64,000 nucleotides of DNA from an uncultured Chloroflexia bacterium (GTDB lineage Bacteria > Chloroflexota > Limnocylindria > Limnocylindrales > CSP1-4), in contig CAVZHW010000007.1 of NCBI GenBank assembly GCA_963775225.1, forward strand, positions 135,105 through 199,104, read 5' to 3'. Position numbers and translations under genes: made by a program. This document shows positions 48,182 through 57,840 of the stretch, in pieces. The notes beneath the pieces were generated by a model, which was not told the DNA's origin, made no database searches, and saw nothing but the letters and a program-made list of their open reading frames with translations. The stretch's first letter is position 1. Every line of letters begins with the position of its first letter.

Positions 48182-49195
48182 GTGGCAACGCGCGAAACGA
48201 GCACAAAGCAGCTGATGCGAGCCGCCTGGCGCGAGCGTTGGGGCGGGCCAGAGGTCGTCGAAGTGCGCGACATCGACAAGCCGACGCCCGGGCCTGGCCA
48301 CATCCTGGTCAAGCTGCACGCCGCGTCGGTCAATCGCGTCGACCTCGACACGCTCATCCCGGAGCCGATGATCATGCGCATGTTCCTGGGGCCGCGCCGG
48401 CCACGGCAGAAGCGCATCGGTGTCGACGCCGCCGGCGTGGTCGAGGCGGCGGGGGAGGGCGTCACCGGGTTCAAGGTCGGTGATCGTGTCTTCGCCGATC
48501 TCTACCCCTACGGCGGCGGCGCGTTCGCGGAATACGTGTCCGCGCCAGCCAAGGCGTGGCTGCCAATTCCGGACGGCATCTCGTTCGAGATTGCCGCCAC
48601 CCTGCCGCACTCGGCCAACCTGGCCATCCAGGGGCTGCGCCTAGGCAACGGTCGAAGCGTCGGGGAGGGCGATCGGCTGCTCGTGGTGGGGGCAACCGGC
48701 AACGTCGGCCCCTTCCTTGTCCAGCTGGCGAAGGCGCGTGGCGCACATGTGACCGCCGTGGGGGCGGGCGACAAGGCCGACTTCATGCGCACGCTCGGCG
48801 CGGACGAGGTGATCGACTACCGGACGACCGACTACACGCGGCCGGCCGAGCGCTACGACTGGATCGTCGACGTCCACGCCCACCAGAGCCTGGGTAGCTG
48901 GCGAAAGGCGCTCAAGCCGCGCGGTGTCTACCAGGCGATGGGTGGCTCGGGCTGGTGGCTGCTGTCGATGGCCGTCATGCAGCCGGCGTACAAACTGGCG
49001 ACCCGCAAGACGATGGGCCTGATGCTGTCGTGGAAGCCGTTCAAACAGGCCGACATCGAGGAGCTCACCCGGCTGGTGGCCTCCGGAACGCTCGAACCGC
49101 GGATCGATCGCCGTTTCCCGCTCGAGGAGGTGGCCGATGCCCTCGCCTGGGTCGACCAGGCCAAGTCGCGCGGCAAGGTGCTGATCACCTTCTAG
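48182..49195 (+). CDS. NAD(P)-dependent medium-chain dehydrogenase/reductase (quinone-oxidoreductase-like)
   Basis: GPEVVEVRDIDKPTPGPGHILVKLHAASVN; LLVVGATGNVGPFLVQLAK. Confidence 0.8.
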   Translation: MATRETSTKQLMRAAWRERWGGPEVVEVRDIDKPTPGPGHILVKLHAASVNRVDLDTLIPEPMIMRMFLGPRRPRQKRIGVDAAGVVEAAGEGVTGFKVGDRVFADLYPYGGGAFAEYVSAPAKAWLPIPDGISFEIAATLPHSANLAIQGLRLGNGRSVGEGDRLLVVGATGNVGPFLVQLAKARGAHVTAVGAGDKADFMRTLGADEVIDYRTTDYTRPAERYDWIVDVHAHQSLGSWRKALKPRGVYQAMGGSGWWLLSMAVMQPAYKLATRKTMGLMLSWKPFKQADIEELTRLVASGTLEPRIDRRFPLEEVADALAWVDQAKSRGKVLITF

Positions 49196-49287
49196 CCGCG
49201 ACGCGCGATCAGTCTCGGCGCTGAGCAAGGGAGTTCATGGTCGCGGATTTGCGCAAATCCTCATAATGCCGCCATGGATCGCACCAT

Positions 49288-49746
49288 TTGACAGAGCCAT
49301 CGGCGATCAGCGGTCCGCCTCTTCCGCCGACCACGGCAGTTGCAGTCGTTCGTCGGGTAGCGAGCCCGATTTGGCGGTTCATTGGCATTGCCGCCACGCT
49401 GGAAACCCGGCGGCCGGTAAGCGGGGCCACCCAACGGGTGACGATCATCCCCGTCGAGCTCGACGGCAGCTTGTACGCAGTGGCGTGGGGTGGGATCACG
49501 GACTGGGCGCGCAATCTTCGGGCAGCGGGCGGAGGCGAGCTGATTCGTCGGCGTCGGCCGCAGGCAGTCCGCGCGATCGAAGTGGAAGGTGACACCAGGG
49601 ACGCGGTTGTCGCCACTTATCTGCGCAGAATGGGGCCGTTCAGGAAGGATTTCAATCGACTTCCCAGCCCGTCCGACCATCCCGTGTTCAGGCTCGAGCC
49701 GACCGCGCTGCCCTCCAATCAGAGCGAACGCCCGACCCGTCCGTAG
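49288..49746 (+). CDS. Deazaflavin-dependent nitroreductase/quinone-reductase (DDN, DUF385) family protein
   Basis: TLETRRPVSGATQRVTIIPVELDGSLYAVAWGGITDWARNLRAAGGGEL fits the family core. TTG start. Confidence 0.55.
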   Translation: MTEPSAISGPPLPPTTAVAVVRRVASPIWRFIGIAATLETRRPVSGATQRVTIIPVELDGSLYAVAWGGITDWARNLRAAGGGELIRRRRPQAVRAIEVEGDTRDAVVATYLRRMGPFRKDFNRLPSPSDHPVFRLEPTALPSNQSERPTRP

Positions 49747-49796
49747 GCGCACTCCGACTCGCCCTGCTTGCGCTCGCTGCGTCGCTGGCTGCTCGC

Positions 49797-50309
49797 CTAC
49801 TTGTACGTGTCGCGAAGCCAGGCTATGTGGGCGCGGTGCTCGGCCTCGTGCTGGAGGAGGTGATGGATCACCCAGTCGGGCGCGACGTCGTACCGCTCGA
49901 GACTGCGCACGCGATGAAATTCTTCATTGCTGATTGGTCGTAGCCGATCCAGCGCGAACTGTCGGACACCGTTGAGACGTGCTCGATGCTCGTCCAACGA
50001 GTGCCCGTCGATCCGCGAAAGATGCTTGTCCGGCTCACGGTCGGGCCAGGGGAGAAGCACGGCGAGCTCTGCGGGGCTGTCCGCCAGCTCCAGGATCTCG
50101 GTGGCGACCCAGTCGGCCTCGATCAGGGCGATGTGGTAGAGCAGAGAGCCGATGCTGTTGAGCGGAGCGTCGGGATACCAATCAACCATCTGTGGGCTGA
50201 CGCTCTCAAGCTCACGCAACGTGTCGCGGCGAGCGTCTTCGAGGGCAGCGAGCCACCTGCCCACCTCCGGATCGTCGGCGATGGGCTCGAGAGTCAGGCG
50301 CTCCTTCAT
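49797..50309 (-). CDS. DinB family (DUF664-like) protein
   Basis: SIGSLLYHIALIEADW and HLLQHEAEHRAHIAWLRD are His-rich four-helix-bundle motifs. Confidence 0.7.
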   Translation of the reverse strand: MKERLTLEPIADDPEVGRWLAALEDARRDTLRELESVSPQMVDWYPDAPLNSIGSLLYHIALIEADWVATEILELADSPAELAVLLPWPDREPDKHLSRIDGHSLDEHRARLNGVRQFALDRLRPISNEEFHRVRSLERYDVAPDWVIHHLLQHEAEHRAHIAWLRDTYK

Positions 50310-50334
50310 CGGGCAAGGCTAACCTTGGGTGCAC

Positions 50335-52018
<1,684 letters not shown>

Positions 52019-52024
52019 AATCGC

Positions 52025-52053
52025 TTGACCCCCTCTATTGTGGGCACTACTGT
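52025..52053 (+). promoter_or_regulatory. Sigma-70-type promoter of tacAT
   Basis: TTGACC (52025-52030), 17 nt, TACTGT (52048-52053). It is followed by GTAC-rich palindromes (GTACGTAC, CCGTACGG) and an AAGGGA RBS before ATG 52086. Confidence 0.45.
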
Positions 52054-52085
52054 ACGTACGATATCCGTACGGTAAGGGACATCCG

Positions 52086-52376
52086 ATGACGGTCGCACGA
52101 TCAGCGACAAGAAAGGACGACAGGCTGGAGCTACGCCTCCGGCCGACCGAGCGCGCCCTGCTCGACGAGGCCGCGCACGCAAGCGCCATGACGACGAGCG
52201 CCTTCGTTCTTACGCACGCCACGGCTGCGGCTCAGGAAGTGCTCGCCGATCGCACGACCTTCGTCCTGCCGGCGGAGCGGTGGGATGCCTTCGTAGAACT
52301 CCTGGAGCGCGAGCCGCGACCGATGCCGGGTCTCGCCGCCTTCCTCGCCCGTCCGAGCGTTCTCGAACAGGAGTGA
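52086..52376 (+). CDS. tacA: DUF1778/TacA-type antitoxin
   Basis: ORF 52038-52376 trimmed to ATG 52086. RLELRLRPTERALLDEAAHASAMTTSAFVLTHA is the RHH-like DUF1778 pattern. Confidence 0.8.
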   Translation: MTVARSATRKDDRLELRLRPTERALLDEAAHASAMTTSAFVLTHATAAAQEVLADRTTFVLPAERWDAFVELLEREPRPMPGLAAFLARPSVLEQE

Positions 52377-52942
52377 GCCGCTACGGCCGGATAGAGCCGT
52401 TGGCACGCGACCATCACCTGGACGGCTTCGACTGCGGGTCTGAAGCGCAAACCACCTGGCTCCGACGCCACGCTCTTCAGGCGCACCAATCAGACACCGC
52501 CAAGGTCTACGTCGTATGCCGCGGTGGCTCTCGCGATGTCGTGGGCTACTACGCGCTCGCTGCCGGATCTGTCCTCCACGAGGACGTGCCGGACCGAGTC
52601 AAACGAGGTGCCGGGCGCTATCCCATACCAGTGGTCATTCTCACGCGCCTCGGCGTGGACGAGCGCGAGCAGCGACAGGGACTCGGTTCCGCTCTGGTCA
52701 AGGACGCGTTCCTCCAGACGGCATCGATAGCAGAGAAGATCGCCGTCCGCGCACTAGTTATCCATGCCGAGACGGCGGAGGCCGTCCAGTTCTACCGTCG
52801 GATCGATCCCGGCTTTGACGTGTCGCCGACCGACCCGCTGCACGTCCTGCTCCTGCTGAAGGATCTCCGGCTCGCCATTCAGGACGGTGCCTCCACCGAG
52901 GCCACCAAAGGTCCCGATCACGCTCTACGGGTCAGCCTCTGA
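52373..52942 (+). CDS. tacT: GNAT-family acetyltransferase toxin (TacT-like)
   Basis: GTG 52373 overlaps the tacA stop (GTGA). LDGFDCGSEAQTTWLRRHA, YYALAAGSV and LTRLGVDEREQRQGLGSALV are typical of TA-associated GNATs. Confidence 0.8.
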   Translation: MSRYGRIEPLARDHHLDGFDCGSEAQTTWLRRHALQAHQSDTAKVYVVCRGGSRDVVGYYALAAGSVLHEDVPDRVKRGAGRYPIPVVILTRLGVDEREQRQGLGSALVKDAFLQTASIAEKIAVRALVIHAETAEAVQFYRRIDPGFDVSPTDPLHVLLLLKDLRLAIQDGASTEATKGPDHALRVSL

Positions 52943-52944
52943 CA

Positions 52945-53111
52945 TCATTCGAGGAGCTCCCGCAGTTCGTCCCGGTCGATGCCCGTGACCCGAAGGATGC
53001 CCATCAGCGTGCCGTGTGATGGCTGCCGCTGACGCGATCAACGCGCCAGCCCTGGCGCTCCAGCGCCCGGATCAGTTGTCCCGGTTTGACGGCGGGCAGC
53101 CGTTCACTCAC
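52945..53111 (-). pseudogene. hicA: hicA toxin relic (internal deletion plus frameshift)
   Basis: GTG 53111 overlaps the hicB stop. VSERLPAVKPGQLIRALERQGWRVDRVSGSHH then runs into a stop at 53004. The C-terminal piece GTLMGILRVTGIDRDELRELLE is in another frame. The ~20-aa central strand region of HicA is missing. Confidence 0.6.
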
Positions 53112-53329
53112 TCCAGCCGGACGGCTATGCGTTCACGCAGGACCTGTTCAACAGGCCAGCCCTTCTCGCGGTGGACAGACAGGTACAGCTCGATGGCGTC
53201 GCGCGCCATGTCGAGCGCTTCCTCCCGAGTTCCCCCCTCCGTGATCACACCAGGGAGCTCAGGCACGGTGACGGTGAAGCCACCCTCGGCCTGCGGAACG
53301 AGCACGACCTCGTATTCCATCTCTTCCAT
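53108..53329 (-). CDS. hicB: HicB family antitoxin (UPF0150 fold)
   Basis: MEYEVVLVPQAEGGFTVTVPELPGVITEGGTREEALDMARDAIELYL. The start is ambiguous: TTG 53350, ATG 53329 or ATG 53320. Confidence 0.75.
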   Translation of the reverse strand: MEEMEYEVVLVPQAEGGFTVTVPELPGVITEGGTREEALDMARDAIELYLSVHREKGWPVEQVLRERIAVRLE

Positions 53330-53420
53330 CCCATGCAGCGTAACCCACAATCGGCGACCTTTGACGCGGTCGCCGCGCGAGCCTGCGCCATCATCCCACC
53401 CGCCACTTATCAGGCGCTTA

Positions 53421-53693
53421 TCAACCCCTGAAGACCGTGTCGGCGTGCCACTCGAGGTATTCGCGCGAGGGTGGCGGGTTGCCGGCGGCGGGTCGTCGGA
53501 TCTCGCGGCCGGCGAGGGCGTAGTAGTCGCGCCCGTTCTCGAACTCCGCGCGGATCGAGCGGCTGACGAGCAGTCGCAGGTCGGGCGAGACCGACACGTA
53601 GCCCTGGTCGAACAGGGTGTGCAGGTCCGACCGAAGCAGGAGGCCGTTGTCGGCCGCGTGCGGGCCCATCTGGCTCTACGGCTTGACGTGCAC
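53421..53693 (-). pseudogene. HNH endonuclease relic (C-terminal part, in-frame TAG, N-terminus missing)
   Basis: HVKP-TAG(53676-53678)-SQMGPHAADNGLLLRSDLHTLFDQGYVSV... matches the HNH core and tail. Upstream sequence is only antisense to the res gene region and has no HNH N-terminal part. Confidence 0.6.
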
Positions 53694-53786
53694 CTCCCTC
53701 GTCCTGCTCGAGTTGTTCTCCCGTGTCTTCCTGCGATAGCCTAGGCGGGCCGGGCAGGCAGCAAGAGGGGAGAGGGGCACAGTCGG

Positions 53787-56765
53787 TTGGCGCAGGGCGC
53801 ACCCACAGCCACGATCGACAACCCGGTCATCAACTCGCCGTTCGTCGAGCCACAGCGCCACTTCGTCATGGCCGACGGCCAACCCACCGGCGAGATCGCC
53901 GATCGTCGTCGACCATCTGAGTTCTTCGTTCCCGTCCCCCCGCCCAGGAAGAAGTCGGCTGCGCAGCTGACGCTGGACCAGTTCGGCATCACCAAGCAGC
54001 AACCGAACGAGATCGTCAACGAGATCCGTCAGTCGGTCGCGCGCTGGCGCCAGCAGGGATATCCGCACGCCACAACGGTCTCCCGCGACCTGCTGGCGTA
54101 CTGGCAGAGCGATGACCGGCAGCGAAAGCTCTTCTTCTGCCAGATCGAGGCCGCCGAGACGGCCATCTACCTGACCGAAGCGGCCGAGCGACTCGGCGAC
54201 ACCAGTGCGCCCAACCAGATCGCCCTCAACAACGCCCACTACAACGGCGGCCTGCCGCGCCTGGCGTTCAAGATGGCCACCGGCTCGGGCAAGACAGTGG
54301 TGATGGCGATGCTCATCGCGTGGCAGACGCTCAACAAGCAGGCCAACCCGCAGGATCGGCGCTTTTCCGACAAGTTCCTGGTCGTCACGCCGGGCATCAC
54401 CATCCGCGACCGGCTCCGTGTGTTGCTGCCTAACGACCCGCAGAACTACTACCAGGTGATGGACCTGGTCAGCGCCGAGCAGATCGACCGCCTGCAGTCG
54501 GCCACCGTCGTCATCGCTAATTACCACGGCTTCATTCGGCGCGAGACGATCCAGGCGGCGAGCCTGGACAAGAGGATCCTCTCGGCGGGGAGGGACGACG
54601 ACGCGTTCAAGGAAACGCCCGCGGAGACGGTCCGTCGCGTATGCCGCGACTTCGGCAGCTCAAAAAACATCGTGGTCATCAATGACGAGGCGCACCACTG
54701 CTACCAGCCGGCGCCGAAGGACGAGGCACAGCAAGAAGTCCTCAGCGCGGATGACCGCCAGCTGGCCAAGCAGGACCAGGAGGAAGCGCGCGTCTGGCTG
54801 AGCGGTTTGCAGGCAGTCGGCGAGAAGCTCGGCATTCGCTCCGTCTTCGACCTCTCCGCGACGCCGTTCTTCCTCAAGGGCTCCGGCTACCAGGAAGGGA
54901 CTCTCTTTCCCTGGGTCGTGAGCGACTTCGGGCTGATGGACGCCATCGAGAGCGGCATCGTCAAGATCCCGCGCGTGCCGGTGAGCGACGACTCGATGAC
55001 GGGCACGGGGCCTATGTACCGCGACCTGTGGCTGCGCGTGCGCGACGCACTGCCGCGCAAGGGCATCAAGGACACGCCGATCGACGGCCAGCCAAACATC
55101 CCCAAGGAGCTCGAGGGCGCGCTGCGCACGCTGTACGCCGACTACGAGCGGGACTTCGATGCCTGGGCGGAAGCCGGCATCGGCACGCCGCCGGTATTCA
55201 TCGTGGTCTGCTCCAACACGGCGACCTCGAAGCTGGTCTTTGACTGGATCGCCGGCTGGGACAAGGAGGGCATCGCGGTCCCCGGCAACCTGCCGCTGTT
55301 CTCGAATGAGCAGGACGGCCGGGTGCGCGAGCGGCCGAACACGATCCTGGTCGACTCGGCCCAACTCGACAAGGACGAGTCGCTCGATCCGGCATTCCGC
55401 AAGGCGGCGGCGACCGAGATCGAGACCTTCAAGCGCGAGTACGTCACGCGCTTCCCCGGACGCAGCGCGGAGGACATCACGCCCGAAGACATCATGCGCG
55501 AGGTCATGAACACGGTCGGCAAGCCGGACAAGCTGGGCGAGGCCATTCGCTGCGTCGTATCGGTGTCGATGCTGACCGAGGGCTGGGATGCCAACACGGT
55601 CACGCACATCCTGGGCATCCGCGCCTTCGGCACGCAGCTGCTGTGCGAGCAGGTCGTGGGCCGGGCGTTGCGGCGGGCCAGCTACGACGCCGACGAAAAC
55701 GGCATGTTCGATGCGCAGTACGCGGAGGTGTACGGCGTGCCGTTCAGCTTCCTTTCTGTGGCGGGGAAGGGGAGGGTCAAGCAGGCCAGGCCGGTGATGG
55801 TCGTCCGCGCGCTGCCCGCGCGGGAGAACCTGCGCATCGAGTTCCCGCGGGTGACCGGATACCGCTTCGACATGCCCACCGAGCACCTGCAGGCGCGCTT
55901 CGACACGTCATCGAACCTCGAACTCTCGACGCGCGACGTGGCCCTGCATACCGAGGTGGACCCGATCGTTGGCGAGCGCGAACTGCATACGCTTGACGAC
56001 CTGCGCAACGTGCGCATGCAGACGGTCGAGTTCACGATCGCCAAGCGCACGCTCGACAACCACTTCCGTGATGGTGACGGCGGCGAGCGGCCGTGGCTCT
56101 TCCCGCAGCTCGTCCGGATCACGCACGACTGGATCCGCGACTGCGTGCACCTCAAGGACAACGCCTTCCCGCAGATGCTGCTGTTCGTCGAGTACAGCCA
56201 CGCGGCGGCAGACCGGATCAACCAGGCGATCGTGTCGGGCACCAGCGGCGAGAAGCGGCTGACGGCCATCCTGCGCCCGTACGAGCCCATCGGCTCGACC
56301 GACTACGTCTACTTCGAGACGACCAAGACCTGCTTCGACACGACCAAGAGCCACATCAACCGCGTCGTCCAGGACTCGGGCTGGGAGTCAAAGCTGGCCG
56401 AGGTGCTCGAGTCGATGCCCGAGGTCGTGGCCTACACCAAGAACCAGGGGCTCAACTTCAAGATCCCCTACACCTACGAGGGGAGGGCGGCCAACTACGT
56501 GCCCGACTTCCTGATCCGCCTGCGCGATGGCGCCTCGACCGGCGACGACGACCTGCTGACCCTCGTGCTCGAGGTGACCGGCGAGGCCAAGAAGGAGAAG
56601 CAGGCCAAGGTAGCAACTGCCCTGAATCTGTGGATCCCGGCCGTCAACAACTGGGGCGGCGCCGGCCGCTGGAAATTTCTTGAGGTGACCGATCCTTGGG
56701 ATGCTGAGAACCTGATCCGCAAGAAGTTCCTCTCGACGAAGTTGACAACTACGCAAAGTGCGTAG
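53787..56765 (+). CDS. res: Type III restriction-like Res subunit (SF2 helicase with C-terminal PD-(D/E)xK nuclease motif)
   Basis: 992 aa, TTG start after a GGGGAGAGGGG stretch. Walker A MATGSGKTVVMAM, motif II VVINDEAHHC, motif VI QVVGRALRR. C-terminal YVPDFLIRL...LVLEVTGEAKKEK is PD...ExK-like. Confidence 0.85.
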   Translation: MAQGAPTATIDNPVINSPFVEPQRHFVMADGQPTGEIADRRRPSEFFVPVPPPRKKSAAQLTLDQFGITKQQPNEIVNEIRQSVARWRQQGYPHATTVSRDLLAYWQSDDRQRKLFFCQIEAAETAIYLTEAAERLGDTSAPNQIALNNAHYNGGLPRLAFKMATGSGKTVVMAMLIAWQTLNKQANPQDRRFSDKFLVVTPGITIRDRLRVLLPNDPQNYYQVMDLVSAEQIDRLQSATVVIANYHGFIRRETIQAASLDKRILSAGRDDDAFKETPAETVRRVCRDFGSSKNIVVINDEAHHCYQPAPKDEAQQEVLSADDRQLAKQDQEEARVWLSGLQAVGEKLGIRSVFDLSATPFFLKGSGYQEGTLFPWVVSDFGLMDAIESGIVKIPRVPVSDDSMTGTGPMYRDLWLRVRDALPRKGIKDTPIDGQPNIPKELEGALRTLYADYERDFDAWAEAGIGTPPVFIVVCSNTATSKLVFDWIAGWDKEGIAVPGNLPLFSNEQDGRVRERPNTILVDSAQLDKDESLDPAFRKAAATEIETFKREYVTRFPGRSAEDITPEDIMREVMNTVGKPDKLGEAIRCVVSVSMLTEGWDANTVTHILGIRAFGTQLLCEQVVGRALRRASYDADENGMFDAQYAEVYGVPFSFLSVAGKGRVKQARPVMVVRALPARENLRIEFPRVTGYRFDMPTEHLQARFDTSSNLELSTRDVALHTEVDPIVGERELHTLDDLRNVRMQTVEFTIAKRTLDNHFRDGDGGERPWLFPQLVRITHDWIRDCVHLKDNAFPQMLLFVEYSHAAADRINQAIVSGTSGEKRLTAILRPYEPIGSTDYVYFETTKTCFDTTKSHINRVVQDSGWESKLAEVLESMPEVVAYTKNQGLNFKIPYTYEGRAANYVPDFLIRLRDGASTGDDDLLTLVLEVTGEAKKEKQAKVATALNLWIPAVNNWGGAGRWKFLEVTDPWDAENLIRKKFLSTKLTTTQSA

Positions 56766-57410
56766 ATGCTTCCCAGTATGGCCTCAGTTCTTACACCCAC
56801 GGCCGCCAGCGCCCTAATCGTGATCGATGAGCTCGACTCAGCCTCCCTGACCGACATCGCTCGCCTGGGCGGTAAGGCCGTGTCCACTGTCCAACGCGCC
56901 CTGAGCACGCTGACCGCGTCGAATGTTTTGACTCGAGAGTGGAACCGCGGCCCGTACACATTTTCGCCGGGAGTGCCACGGTCGGCGCTGCGAGAGCTGG
57001 CCAACTGGACTCTGGGGCCCAAGGAGAGGGCGCGACTTAAGGGCGCGCTGCAGATGTCGAATGGGGCTGAGGCTTCCGGTGCGCCCAAGACCATTACCAA
57101 TCCGCGTATTCGCCGCGCTTGGCCACATGCAATCAGGCGAATTGTTTCTAACTACCACCCCAAGCAGGTCGTGCTCTTCGGCTCCCAATCACGGGGAGAT
57201 GCGAAACCCGACAGCGATGTGGACCTGCTTGTGGTGTTCGATCGCGTGCCGGACCGTCGGGAACGGAGCATCCAGTTGATGGGCCTCCTGAGTGACATGC
57301 CGTTTGCCAAGGACGTTCTCGTTGTCGGCGCTAAGGACACCATCCACCCGCTCCGCGGGAGCGCACTTGCCGATGCGCTCAAGAACGGTGTCGTCGTCTA
57401 TGAGAGATGA
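56766..57410 (+). CDS. Winged-HTH plus minimal nucleotidyltransferase (MNT) protein
   Basis: ATG directly abuts the res stop (TAGATG). N-terminal wHTH (LTDIARLGGKAVSTVQRALSTLTASNVLTRE). C-terminal MNT motif LFGSQSRGDAKPDSDVDLLVV. Confidence 0.8.
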   Translation: MLPSMASVLTPTAASALIVIDELDSASLTDIARLGGKAVSTVQRALSTLTASNVLTREWNRGPYTFSPGVPRSALRELANWTLGPKERARLKGALQMSNGAEASGAPKTITNPRIRRAWPHAIRRIVSNYHPKQVVLFGSQSRGDAKPDSDVDLLVVFDRVPDRRERSIQLMGLLSDMPFAKDVLVVGAKDTIHPLRGSALADALKNGVVVYER

Positions 57411-57822
57411 AGACAGGGCAGACGCTTTGACGTGGCTCTCGTACGCGTTCGGCGATCTGGCCGAGGCACGGTCGCAACCCGGTCGACCTAGCAGGCCGCG
57501 CATCGTGGCATTCCACGCTCAGCAAGCGGCGGAGAAGGCGCTCAAAGCAGCCTTGGTTCTCTCGGATGTCGATCCACCGCGGACTCACGAGTTGGAACAG
57601 TTGCGAGCGCTGCTGCCGATGGACTGGCGCGTACGGCTCAACCCTCGAGACCTTCGACGGCTGTCGCGCCACGGAGTGGATGCGCGATATCCAGATGACC
57701 TGGAGCACGTGCCAACCCTCGCGGCGGCAACGGCGGTTCGCCAGGCAATCGCGGTTGTTCGACTGGTTCGTGAGGACTTCGAGCGCCGTGGCGTACGGAC
57801 AGAAGGGCTGACCCCGCAGTGA
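57400..57822 (+). CDS. HEPN-domain protein (partner of the MNT)
   Basis: ORF 57292-57822 trimmed to ATG 57400 (11-nt overlap with the MNT gene). AFHAQQAAEKALKAALV...PRTHELEQL...ARYPD is the HEPN pattern. Confidence 0.75.
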   Translation: MRDEDRADALTWLSYAFGDLAEARSQPGRPSRPRIVAFHAQQAAEKALKAALVLSDVDPPRTHELEQLRALLPMDWRVRLNPRDLRRLSRHGVDARYPDDLEHVPTLAAATAVRQAIAVVRLVREDFERRGVRTEGLTPQ

Positions 57823-57840
57823 GTAAGCCGGAGCTAAGCG

